Assembly (NCBI GenBank): GCA_963558405.1
Contig: CAUWGC010000004.1
Coordinates: 26,395-90,394, forward strand
Reading direction: 5' to 3'
DNA from: an uncultured Clostridia bacterium
GTDB lineage: Bacteria > Bacillota > Clostridia > TANB77 > CAG-508
DNA: 64,000 bases
Shown here: positions 18,614 through 27,602 of the stretch, one piece after another
Numbering within the stretch: position 1 is the first letter of the stretch
How the letters are laid out: each line of letters begins with the position of its first letter
Program-made: the position numbers and the translations under genes
Notes under the pieces: model-generated
The model's database searches: none
The model's input: only the letters and a program-made list of their open reading frames with translations
What the model was told of the DNA's origin: nothing

Positions 18614-19531
18614 ATGAACCAAATACTAAACACAGGTAAAAAGAAAAAAGAGCCAGCAGGAATAAAATCAATTGTGTTATTTTTTAGTATTTCTATATTT
18701 ATATTTGGAAGCATTTTAATAGGACATAGTTCATATTCAATGTATCAATATCAAAAAGAACAAGAAGAACTAAGAAGAAAAGATGTACTTGCGTTAAATA
18801 TTACTAGAGACGGAAAAATGCTTACTTTACATGTTAAAAATGAAAATACTATTGATAAAGTTGTATATAATTGGAATAATACAGAAGACCATATTTTATT
18901 AGGAAAAGGTAGAAATGAGTTTTCAGAGGAAATAGAACTTCCATTAGGAACTAATGTATTAAATGTAAAAATATCAGATGTTACAGGAAAAAGTAAAAAT
19001 TATCAAAAAGAGTATATTCTTGAAGAAGGAGATATTACAGGTCCAGAAATAGAACTTGTAGTAGTTGGTGATAAAGTTAAAATTGTAGCAAGAGATGATG
19101 CAAGATTGTCTTATATTACTTATCGTTGGAATGAAGAACAAGAAACAACAATAAATCCAAGACCAGAGTCACCAGCATTAATAGAAACAGAAATTGATAT
19201 AAAGAAAGGATTAAATACACTTACTGTAATAGCAGTGGATGATCATAATAATACAGAAGAAAAGAAACAGGATTTTGAAGGTGTTACAAAACCAAAATTA
19301 GAGTTAACAAAAGAAGGAAATTATTTAGTTATAAAAGCAACAGATGAAGATGATGGATTAGATAGAGTTGAATATACAATTAATGATCAAAAATATTTAA
19401 TTCCATTAAAACATGGAGAAAAGACAGTAACATATAAACAAGAATTAAAATCAGGGGATAATCCATTTACTATTGATGTATATAATAAAAATGGAGATGT
19501 CACAAATCAATATGGAACTTGTCCAAATTAA
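18614..19531 (+). CDS. hypothetical membrane-anchored protein with beta-rich (Ig-like) extracellular repeats
   Basis: RBS gagaggtg. An N-terminal TM helix. Repeated ~90-aa segments with a D/T-rich pattern. Confidence 0.4.
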   Translation: MNQILNTGKKKKEPAGIKSIVLFFSISIFIFGSILIGHSSYSMYQYQKEQEELRRKDVLALNITRDGKMLTLHVKNENTIDKVVYNWNNTEDHILLGKGRNEFSEEIELPLGTNVLNVKISDVTGKSKNYQKEYILEEGDITGPEIELVVVGDKVKIVARDDARLSYITYRWNEEQETTINPRPESPALIETEIDIKKGLNTLTVIAVDDHNNTEEKKQDFEGVTKPKLELTKEGNYLVIKATDEDDGLDRVEYTINDQKYLIPLKHGEKTVTYKQELKSGDNPFTIDVYNKNGDVTNQYGTCPN

Positions 19532-19540
19532 AAATATAGC

Positions 19541-19575
19541 ATACCTTGTGTGACATAAACACAAGGTATTTGCTA
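19541..19575 (+). terminator. hairpin, probable terminator
   Basis: Stem ataccttgtgt/acacaaggtat with a 7-nt loop. The U-tract is weak. Confidence 0.4.
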
Positions 19576-19599
19576 ACAAAAAGGATTGGAAGAGTAAAA

Positions 19600-20421
19600 A
19601 TGGAGCTAAATGAGATATTAAAATTATTTTTATATTTTATTATATATTCTTTTTTTGGATGGTTATTAGAATCTATTTGTAAAACAATATGGGAAAAAAA
19701 ATTAGTAAATAGTGGATTTTTACATGGACCACTTTGTCCAATATATGGAGTTGGTGCAATTATAATGATATTATTTTTAAATAGCTTTAAAAATAATATA
19801 CTAGTACTATTTATAGTATCTTTTGTAGTACTTACCATATGGGAATACATAGTTGGAGTATTACTAGAAAAATTATTTAATACTAAATACTGGGATTATT
19901 CAAATAATAAATATAATTTTCAAGGTAGAATTTGTTTATTAAATTCATTTTATTGGGGAATATTGGGAGTTGTATTTACATTATTAATACATCCATTTAT
20001 TGAATCAAAAGTAGAATTATTACCACAAAACATATTAATATATACTAATATTATGTTAGGAATATATATATTAGTAGATACAATAGTAAGTGTTGTTAAA
20101 GTAAATAATATTGATATAAAAATCAAAACGATTGCAGAACTTGGTGAAAGTTTAAAAGAAAAATTAGAAGAATTAAAAAATATAGGAGAAAATTCAACAA
20201 AGGCAATAAATAAAGAATTAATTCAGGAAAAAATTGAAGAATTAAAACAAAAACAAAATAGATTAATAAGAAAATTATATAGACATACATTGCGTTTAAA
20301 AAGAGCTTTCCCAACAATGAAATCAGAAAAAATTAGTGAGTTTTTAAATCAAAAAATTGATTTTCATAATATAGAAAAAATAAAAAAAGGGTACAAACAA
20401 AAAAAAGAAAATAACAAATAA
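19600..20421 (+). CDS. polytopic membrane protein of the putative ABC-transporter type IV (CmpB-like) family with a C-terminal coiled coil
   Basis: Motifs FFGWLLE and NSGFLHGPLCPIYGVGA. Five or six TM helices, then a KE-rich tail. The upstream part of the track ORF (19546) overlaps the terminator hairpin. Confidence 0.45.
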   Translation: MELNEILKLFLYFIIYSFFGWLLESICKTIWEKKLVNSGFLHGPLCPIYGVGAIIMILFLNSFKNNILVLFIVSFVVLTIWEYIVGVLLEKLFNTKYWDYSNNKYNFQGRICLLNSFYWGILGVVFTLLIHPFIESKVELLPQNILIYTNIMLGIYILVDTIVSVVKVNNIDIKIKTIAELGESLKEKLEELKNIGENSTKAINKELIQEKIEELKQKQNRLIRKLYRHTLRLKRAFPTMKSEKISEFLNQKIDFHNIEKIKKGYKQKKENNK

Positions 20422-20441
20422 TAAAAACAAAGGAGAAGTAT

Positions 20442-21368
20442 ATGTTACAAGAAATTTATATTGTAGATAATGATGCAAAAGGTGTTGAAGAATTAAAGAG
20501 ATTATTTGAAAAAGAGAAAGAATTTGTTTTTCGTAGCGTGAAAACAAATAATTTAGATGTAGCATTAAAAAATATTCCATCACTTATTATTATAAATGAA
20601 GATACTGTAGATGAAAATATATTAGATATATGCAAAAAAATAAGAGGAAATGAAGATAATAGTATAACTCCTATTATAGTAGCTTCCTCTAATATGGATA
20701 AACAACATAAAATTGAAATATTGCAATCAAATATAGAATATTATTTACTTAAGCCAATAGATGAAAAATATCTTTATTATACAATAAAAAATATTATACG
20801 TCTTATATATACAAATAGAAAAGTAAGTCCGTTAACAGGTTTACCAGGAAATGTACAAATACAAGCAGAATTAAAGAAGCACTTACTAAAAAAAGAAGAT
20901 TTTATTGTATTATATTTTGACCTTGATAACTTTAAAGCATATAATGATGTATATGGTTTTTTACGAGGAGATGAAATAATTAAATTTACAGCAAAGACAA
21001 TATTATCTAATATACATAAAGCTACTTGTAAAGAAGCTTTTGTAGGACATATTGGTGGAGACGACTTTGTAGCAATAATACAAGCAGATGAATATGAAGA
21101 GATTTGCCAAAATATAATTCAAGAATTTGATGAAGGTATAAAAAACTTTTTTACAGAAGTTGACAAAACAAGAGGATATGTTGAATGTGCTAATCGTAAA
21201 GGAATTATTGAACAATATCCATTAACATCAATTTCTATAGGAGTTGTTGTAGCAGATAAAAATAGATTTGCAAATATTTTGGAAATTGGGGAAATTGGAG
21301 CTGCAGTAAAACATGTAGCAAAGGTAACAATTGGAAGTACATATGCTATTGACAGAAGAAAAAATTAA
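20442..21368 (+). CDS. response regulator with receiver domain and GGDEF-type diguanylate cyclase domain (GGDDF variant)
   Basis: REC-like N-terminus (IVDND, LIIINED, YLLKP). GGDEF domain motifs LTGLPGN, DLDNFKAYND, RGDE and HIGGDDFVAI. RBS aaaggagaag. Confidence 0.7.
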   Translation: MLQEIYIVDNDAKGVEELKRLFEKEKEFVFRSVKTNNLDVALKNIPSLIIINEDTVDENILDICKKIRGNEDNSITPIIVASSNMDKQHKIEILQSNIEYYLLKPIDEKYLYYTIKNIIRLIYTNRKVSPLTGLPGNVQIQAELKKHLLKKEDFIVLYFDLDNFKAYNDVYGFLRGDEIIKFTAKTILSNIHKATCKEAFVGHIGGDDFVAIIQADEYEEICQNIIQEFDEGIKNFFTEVDKTRGYVECANRKGIIEQYPLTSISIGVVVADKNRFANILEIGEIGAAVKHVAKVTIGSTYAIDRRKN

Positions 21369-21438
21369 TATTATTAAGTAATAAAACAAAAACACTTTTA
21401 CATATACTTATAAAAAAGGTATAAGTAGGAGTGTTTTT

Positions 21439-21618
21439 ATGGTTATTATAAGAAAGAAAAAAATTATAATAGTATTTTCATTACTATTATTTTGTTTATC
21501 AATAGGATTAATGGTAACAAATACAAAAGAAGAAACAATTGCAACTGTTTCACTTCCAGTTAGCAATAAAACAATTGTATTAGATGCAGGACATGGAACA
21601 CCAGATGAGGGGGATTGA
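21439..21618 (+). pseudogene. cwlD: 5' fragment of a cwlD-type N-acetylmuramoyl-L-alanine amidase gene, interrupted by the inserted element
   Basis: RBS gtaggagtg. Signal anchor, then VLDAGHGTPDEG (Amidase_3 N-terminal zinc-ligand motif). The frame terminates 3 codons into the inserted DNA. Confidence 0.7.
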
Positions 21619-21658
21619 TTATTAACCCTAAATAATAATAACTAATCTTATACAGTAA

Positions 21659-21688
21659 AATAAAGTGTTTAGGCACTTTATTTTTTTT
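21659..21688 (+). terminator. terminator just inside the left element end
   Basis: Stem aaagtg/cacttt followed by a T8 run. Confidence 0.55.
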
Positions 21689-21697
21689 AGATATAAT

Positions 21698-21748
21698 AAA
21701 AAGTTTTTGGGAAAATAGCACATTTCATTTCGCCTATTTATATAGAAT
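21698..21748 (+). repeat. internal direct repeat copy 1 (aaaaagtttttgggaaaatagcacatttcatttcgcctatttatatagaata)
   Basis: 30 nt are identical and ~50 nt similar to 34117-34168. The first 14 nt (aaaaagtttttggg), followed shortly by agcac, match the element right arm at 37581-37612. Confidence 0.7.
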
Positions 21749-21806
21749 ACTAAAAATGCTAATTAGTAAATATAAATTATTTATAAAAGGAAATGGGGAA
21801 ATAAAG

Positions 21807-22136
21807 ATGAGTGCATTAACAAATTTATTAGCAAATAATGGCTATATCATAGTAAATAAAGTTTTAATTAGAAAATTGGGATTAGAATGTGCAATTTTGA
21901 TTGGAGAATTATGTAGTGAATATTCATACTGGGAAAAGCATAATAAGTTAGAAAATGGATTTTTTTACTCTACAAGAGAAAATATATTCAACAATACTGG
22001 GATTTCTAGTTATTATCAAAGGAAAGCTATTGCAAAGTTAGTACAAAAAAAGATAATAATCGAAAAATATGAAGGGATACCACAGAAAAGATGGTATACT
22101 TTAAATTTTGATAAATTATATGAAATTTTAAATTAA
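21807..22136 (+). CDS. RepA_N-like (Firmicute plasmid/ICE replication-initiator N-terminal domain) protein
   Basis: The sequence conforms to the RepA_N pattern. RBS ggggaaataaag precedes ATG 21807. Confidence 0.45.
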   Translation: MSALTNLLANNGYIIVNKVLIRKLGLECAILIGELCSEYSYWEKHNKLENGFFYSTRENIFNNTGISSYYQRKAIAKLVQKKIIIEKYEGIPQKRWYTLNFDKLYEILN

Positions 22137-22367
22137 AAACAGGCTTTACGACTTGATATCAAAAAACTGCACAACAAGGAGTAAAGAAACTTGATGACTT
22201 AGTGTTAAAAATTTAACATAAATAATAATAACAATAATAATAAAAAAATAATAATAAGAGGATAAAAAATAAAATAGGTTCGCCTTTAAAAAATTAATGT
22301 TATATAATCATCTTGTAAATTAATTTATATAATAAATATTTAGAGTTAACTTTAAATTAATTTCAAA

Positions 22368-22661
22368 TTGGAGGTGGTGTATATAAAAAGATTAGGTAAA
22401 TATGGAATAAAAATAAAAAAGAATATGGAAGAAAATTATCAATCTAGATTTCAAGAATTAGTAATTGATGGAACAATAATGGACAAGTTATTAGAAAGAG
22501 AAGATGAAATAATTAGCAAAAAGCATAAATTAGAGAAGAAACTAAAGCTAAAATATCCAAGACCAACCACAAATGAATTTTTAGTTGTAGCAAAATATAA
22601 TCAAATGATAGAGGAAATGGTAGAAGAATTATTACAAGAAGAAATAGAAGAAAAACTCTAA
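22368..22661 (+). CDS. hypothetical protein (start uncertain: TTG/GTG/ATG candidates)
   Basis: 97-aa ORF. ggagg lies just 5' of GTG 22377. Confidence 0.3.
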   Translation: MEVVYIKRLGKYGIKIKKNMEENYQSRFQELVIDGTIMDKLLEREDEIISKKHKLEKKLKLKYPRPTTNEFLVVAKYNQMIEEMVEELLQEEIEEKL

Positions 22662-22701
22662 TAAATCTAATGTAAAATTTGCAAATAGAGGATTACACAG
22701 A

Positions 22702-22721
22702 AATTCCCTAATTAGGGAATT
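22702..22721. promoter_or_regulatory. perfect 20-bp palindrome aattccctaattagggaatt (putative operator); related half-sites gggaaaattccc at 22837-22848
   Basis: Exact dyad symmetry seen in the sequence. Both sites carry GGGAA / TTCCC half-sites. Confidence 0.4.
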
Positions 22722-22917
22722 ATTGAAAAAGATAATTAAAATATTGAAATATTGAAGTAGATAAAAATCAGACTTTAAAGCAATATATTAAAGCAAGATT
22801 CCTATTTGTATCCACAAATGGTTTTTTGCATAAAATGGGAAAATTCCCAAACCCTTTTAATTTTTAATTGAAAAATCTCTTTATTAGAGATACAATAAAA
22901 TAATAGGAGGTGTAAAT

Positions 22918-23259
22918 ATGGTAAAAATTAAAGATATAGAAAAATATATAGATGATGAAATGATAAATATTATATTTAGAGAAAGAGAAGAAGGATTATA
23001 TAGTAGAAAAGAAAATCAAGATGATGCAGAAGTTATTAGTATTAAAGAAGATTACCCAGTAGATTATGATAAACTTCTAGTAGCAATAAATAATCTACCA
23101 CCACATTTTAATAATACAAGGGAAGGAATAATAGAAGCATTAGAAAGTTACTTAACAAGAGAAAATTTAATCATGGCACATGATAATGAAAAATTCTATA
23201 AAATAGGATTTTGTGATGGAATAAGAACGATATTGGAGAACATAAAAAATAGTAAATAA
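22918..23259 (+). CDS. hypothetical protein
   Basis: RBS taggaggtg. 113-aa ORF. Confidence 0.4.
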   Translation: MVKIKDIEKYIDDEMINIIFREREEGLYSRKENQDDAEVISIKEDYPVDYDKLLVAINNLPPHFNNTREGIIEALESYLTRENLIMAHDNEKFYKIGFCDGIRTILENIKNSK

Positions 23260-23270
23260 TCTAATATTTA

Positions 23271-23522
23271 CTACGATTTATTAAAATGATTATTAAAAAC
23301 ATCTGCTGAGACATTAAATACTTTAGCAAATGCAAATAATTCAAAGTCTTGAACTAAACGATTATTTGTTTCAATTTTTGAGACTTCTTTAGATGTTAAT
23401 TCAATGCCTAGTAATTGTAATTTTTCTGCCAAATCTTGTTGAGATAAGTTAGATTTTAATCTTAATTCTTTTAAGATAGAGCCAGATATATTTCTAAAAT
23501 CATTATACTTGTTAATTTTCAT
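23271..23522 (-). CDS. XRE-family helix-turn-helix transcriptional regulator
   Basis: HTH_XRE pattern LRLKSNLSQQDLAEKLQLLGIELTSKEVSKIE. RBS aaggtgag. Confidence 0.7.
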   Translation of the reverse strand: MKINKYNDFRNISGSILKELRLKSNLSQQDLAEKLQLLGIELTSKEVSKIETNNRLVQDFELFAFAKVFNVSADVFNNHFNKS

Positions 23523-23532
23523 ATTCTCACCT

Positions 23533-23601
23533 TATTCGCTTTATTATAGATATTATTTTACTATTATTTTTTTATATACATATCTCTAATAAAGCGAATA
23601 A
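23533..23601. promoter_or_regulatory. 15-bp perfect inverted repeat pair (ttattcgctttatta ... taataaagcgaataa) in the divergent XRE / operon control region
   Basis: The arms at 23533-23547 and 23587-23601 are exact reverse complements, immediately upstream of the XRE gene start. Confidence 0.35.
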
Positions 23602-23744
23602 AAAATACTGAGTATAAATCTAAAAATTATTATAAGGAAACATATTTATAAGGAAATTATATTAAATGAATTAAGAAACATTATGCAGAGAAAATGAAAG
23701 ATGATTATATATTATGAGAAATGGAAAAAAATGTTATCAAATAA

Positions 23745-23773
23745 TTGACATAAAAAGTTAAAAATGGTAAAAT
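23745..23773 (+). promoter_or_regulatory. sigma-A type promoter of the cargo operon (TTGACA-17-TAAAAT)
   Basis: -35 at 23745-23750, a 17-nt spacer, and -10 at 23768-23773, about 30 nt upstream of ATG 23806. Confidence 0.5.
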
Positions 23774-23805
23774 ATATAAGAAATATTTAATAAATTGGAG
23801 AAAAT

Positions 23806-24543
23806 ATGGAAATTAAAGATAAAGTTGTTGTAATAACCGGTGGAGCAAATGGAATAGGAAAAGCATGTGCTCAAGAATTACATAAAACATATGCAAATAT
23901 TATTATAGCAGATATTGACAAGAAAAATGGTGAAGATATTAAAAAAATATTAGGAAATAGATGCTCGTTTGTAAAAACAGATATTACTATGGAAAGAGAA
24001 GTTATAAAGTTAAAAGAGTTTATAATGTCTAAGTATGGAAGAATTGATATTTTAATTAATAATGCAGCTAAACAGACAGAAAATAGCTTTTTTAATATGA
24101 AAGTAAATGAATTTAAAAGTGTCATAGATACAAATATTAATGGAACATTCATTTGTAGTAACATATTAGGCAAAGAAATGAAAAAAGGAAGTAAGATTAT
24201 AAATATGCTTTCAGTTCATTATAATAAACCTAGAAAGAACAAATATCATTATGATGCGTCAAAAGCAGGAATTGCCATGCTAACTAAAGAAATGGCACTT
24301 GAATTGATTGATAAAGGTATAACCGTTAATGGAATTGCATATGGAGCATGTAATACTCCTATGAATGCAAATTGGATTAATAACATTGAGAAAGTTAATG
24401 AAACAATAAGTAAAATACCATTAAGATGGATAGCTGAACCTGAAGAAATAGCTAGATTTGTTAGAGTAATATTAGAGGACTTTAGTGATTATGCTACAGG
24501 AAGTATTTTTAATATAGATGGAGGGAGAAGTCTTACTAATTAA
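23806..24543 (+). CDS. short-chain dehydrogenase/reductase (SDR) family oxidoreductase
   Basis: VVVITGGANGIGKA glycine-rich NAD(P) motif, a NNAA segment, and a YxxxK region (YDASKAG). Confidence 0.8.
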   Translation: MEIKDKVVVITGGANGIGKACAQELHKTYANIIIADIDKKNGEDIKKILGNRCSFVKTDITMEREVIKLKEFIMSKYGRIDILINNAAKQTENSFFNMKVNEFKSVIDTNINGTFICSNILGKEMKKGSKIINMLSVHYNKPRKNKYHYDASKAGIAMLTKEMALELIDKGITVNGIAYGACNTPMNANWINNIEKVNETISKIPLRWIAEPEEIARFVRVILEDFSDYATGSIFNIDGGRSLTN

Positions 24544-24563
24544 AGTATATTTTGGAGGAATAA

Positions 24564-25733
24564 ATGCACTATTTATTAGAAAAATATATTAAGGAAAAAT
24601 TAAATATTGTATTAAAGAAAGTACAGATTCTATTAAAAAAATCAGAAAAGGAAATTAAATTGTTACTTGAAAAAGAGGATTATAGCATTAATTATATAAA
24701 TTTTCAAAATAATTCAATTAATGGTGTTATAGAGAAGTGTAATAAAAAGTTTTTCTTTAAAATGTTAGGTAATCAAGATTTTGATAATGAAATAATAGGA
24801 TATATAAAAATAAAAAATGCATTGCCAGTTAATAAAATAATAGAAATATATAAATTGCAGAACTGTTATATTATTATTTATGAATACGAAAATACAATAA
24901 GTGATAATGAAGGGTTATTAAATGATTTTTTAGTAAAAAATGATATAGAAATAACAGATGATTCAAAACAAGTAATTAATAGAATAGTAAACTTGTATAA
25001 TAGCAGTTTTAAAGTAACTATTAATAAAAATGTATATCCAATGAAGCAATTTTTTCAAGAAAGAATAAAGTCAAGGCTTAAAAAATGGTATAGTAAAGAA
25101 AAATTTTTTGATTATAATGTTAATATTAATGGGATGGAATCTAGAAAAACTACAGAAATTATAAATGAAGCTAATAATTTTTTTGAAAAAAAGTGTAAAT
25201 TAGAATGTTCTTTATCACAAGGAGATCCAAATACTTTAAATATAGGAACAAAACCTATTTTCTTTGACTTTGCAACATCAGGATATAATCCAATAATTTG
25301 CGAATTCTCTGCAATGTTTTGGTCAGTATTAATAGCAGATGCTTATTTTTGTCCCAAATATCATCCAAAATCATATTACAATCATAATAAAGTCTTTGAA
25401 AATATTGATAAGTTTAATCCAGACTTAAGATATGAGATAAATGATAAAGAGAAAAAAATAAAAATACAATCTAACATTAAATCAAGTAGAATAAGAATCA
25501 ATTTTATGAAAGAGTATATAAAAATGATAGAGACCTTAGAAATAAACATAGGAAAAGAAATCATATATTTTTTATTAATGAGAATACTTTGTATATTTGA
25601 TATAAGAACAATGACAAAAGAAGATTATTTTTATAGTATATTTATCTTACATTATTTATATGAAAATATTTCAGAAGATGTTTATACTAGCTTGAAAAAT
25701 ATAATAGATAATTTTGATATTATAGGAGGATAA
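24564..25733 (+). CDS. phosphotransferase-family kinase (APH/choline-kinase fold)
   Basis: Brenner-like motif SQGDPNTLNIG and the DFE-type motif IFFDFATSGYNP. The hinge IIYEYE. RBS ggaggaataa. Confidence 0.5.
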   Translation: MHYLLEKYIKEKLNIVLKKVQILLKKSEKEIKLLLEKEDYSINYINFQNNSINGVIEKCNKKFFFKMLGNQDFDNEIIGYIKIKNALPVNKIIEIYKLQNCYIIIYEYENTISDNEGLLNDFLVKNDIEITDDSKQVINRIVNLYNSSFKVTINKNVYPMKQFFQERIKSRLKKWYSKEKFFDYNVNINGMESRKTTEIINEANNFFEKKCKLECSLSQGDPNTLNIGTKPIFFDFATSGYNPIICEFSAMFWSVLIADAYFCPKYHPKSYYNHNKVFENIDKFNPDLRYEINDKEKKIKIQSNIKSSRIRINFMKEYIKMIETLEINIGKEIIYFLLMRILCIFDIRTMTKEDYFYSIFILHYLYENISEDVYTSLKNIIDNFDIIGG

Positions 25734-25736
25734 TAG

Positions 25737-26459
25737 ATGAATGAAATATATGAAAAAATATCAGCTCAATTACCAATAAAATACAAAGAGTCTATATTTA
25801 AATATATAGCTGAACTGAAGGATAATTTGGGGGATGTTTTAAAATTAGTTTTATTAATAGGTAGCAGCTCTAGTGGACATGTTGTAGAAGGTTGGAGTGA
25901 TATAGATACTATATTAGTCTTAGAAAATTATAAAATAGAATATATAAATATAATAAAAAAAATTGTACAAAAATATGATATAAAGATAGGAAATACGATA
26001 TACAGTAAAAAGGAATTTGAAAATAAAAGAATAAATCCTAAAACTTATTATTATTTATTATTAGTACAAGAAAATTACATAAAAATACAGTATAATTCAT
26101 CTGATTTATATATACCAAAAGTTACCATAAAAGAATGTCAAGACCAGTATATGACATGGTTGATGGAGCATTTTCATTCATATAAAAGAATGTGGCTATA
26201 TCAAGAAATTTCAGAAGAGAGAATAAGAGAAATATTTAAAAATACATATTTGATTATGAAGGCGATTTTAATAATTAATAATTATCGTCCTCAAAATTAT
26301 GAACAAGTATTCAAGCTATATTCGGAAAAATTTAATTATAAGAAATTTAATTATAAAAAATTTATAGAAGGATATCAAAAGAAAGAATACGACAAAGAGG
26401 AAATAATTAATTTTGGAAAGGAGTTTAGTGAAGAAATTTCAAATAATTTAAAAGTATAG
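25737..26459 (+). CDS. Pol-beta-superfamily nucleotidyltransferase (ANT/Lnu-like minimal NTase)
   Basis: GSSSSGHVVEGWSDIDTILVL = GS-x9-DxD nucleotidyltransferase motif. Confidence 0.55.
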   Translation: MNEIYEKISAQLPIKYKESIFKYIAELKDNLGDVLKLVLLIGSSSSGHVVEGWSDIDTILVLENYKIEYINIIKKIVQKYDIKIGNTIYSKKEFENKRINPKTYYYLLLVQENYIKIQYNSSDLYIPKVTIKECQDQYMTWLMEHFHSYKRMWLYQEISEERIREIFKNTYLIMKAILIINNYRPQNYEQVFKLYSEKFNYKKFNYKKFIEGYQKKEYDKEEIINFGKEFSEEISNNLKV

Positions 26460-26468
26460 GAGGCGAGT

Positions 26469-27599
26469 ATGGAAAAGCAATTTAGGAATAGGAAAACATT
26501 TTTTGATTTAGATATGGAAAATGATGATAGTTATTTTGCTACATTATATTGTACATTAGGAGGAGCTAATAAAAAAAGAGCCAAAATGAATAAATTAGCT
26601 TTAGCTTATTTGAATGATAAATCATTAACAGAGGAAGAAAAAATTACTGCAAAAAAAATATTGGATGGAACAATATATGAAGAAAAAAAGAAAGAGTTTG
26701 AACATTGCCAATTATGTTCAGATAAATTTATATCAGAAATATTACCAAATATATCTAATAAATATGATAATTGGGAAATATGTAGTCCTACTCATCCGTA
26801 TACACCGGCTGGTTTGATGATTTATTTAAAAAATAGAAAAAAGTTACATACTGAGAATTTACAAGATTTATCAAAAGAGCAATTTGATGAAATAATTCAA
26901 ATCATGAAAGACATATATATAAAATTATCAAACGAATCTGAATACAATGTTGTTGGAATTAATATTTTATTTAATCAAATATCAAAATCTCAATTGTGTA
27001 TTCATGGTCATTTAGAAACTATGATTGCTGATATAGATAAATTAGGATTGGGGTGTGAAATTAAAGATGAGCAACCATATGACATTTTAGCAAGTTTATT
27101 AAATGAACAAATAGAGGATAGAAGAGGAGTATATAAAGAAAAAGAAGGAATTAGAATTGATTTAAGTATAGTAGACTCAATAGAGGCATTGAAGATATTA
27201 GGAAGGTACGAATCAAAAATGAAACAGATTATTTCACACGGAAGAAAGATACAAAAGGGTGAAATAAAAAGTAAAAACGATATTGATAATCTATTACTAC
27301 ATAAAATGAGTCCTGCACCAGTGAATTATGTATATATGACCTACTATAGAGATAAGTTTTTTTTATCAATCATACCAGAGATAATTTTGGAACCAATAAA
27401 ATCTACAAGAGATATCAAAAATGAAAGCGATTTGTATTCACTAAAAATTAATCAATATGCACAAGACAATGAAGAGAAAATTATGAAACAATGTTCTCCA
27501 CTTGTAAGACCAAGCATAAAAGTTTCAAAGGATTGCGAATCTGCAATTAATATAAGTAATCTAAAAAAAGATATAACAAAAATATTGGAAGAAAGATAG
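26469..27599 (+). CDS. putative HIT/GalT-like nucleotidyl transferase or hydrolase (weak)
   Basis: CQLC ... HPYTPAG ... CIHGHLE arrangement reminiscent of GalT/Ap4A-phosphorylase branch motifs. The assignment is tentative. Confidence 0.3.
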   Translation: MEKQFRNRKTFFDLDMENDDSYFATLYCTLGGANKKRAKMNKLALAYLNDKSLTEEEKITAKKILDGTIYEEKKKEFEHCQLCSDKFISEILPNISNKYDNWEICSPTHPYTPAGLMIYLKNRKKLHTENLQDLSKEQFDEIIQIMKDIYIKLSNESEYNVVGINILFNQISKSQLCIHGHLETMIADIDKLGLGCEIKDEQPYDILASLLNEQIEDRRGVYKEKEGIRIDLSIVDSIEALKILGRYESKMKQIISHGRKIQKGEIKSKNDIDNLLLHKMSPAPVNYVYMTYYRDKFFLSIIPEIILEPIKSTRDIKNESDLYSLKINQYAQDNEEKIMKQCSPLVRPSIKVSKDCESAINISNLKKDITKILEER

Positions 27600-27602
27600 A
27601 AT

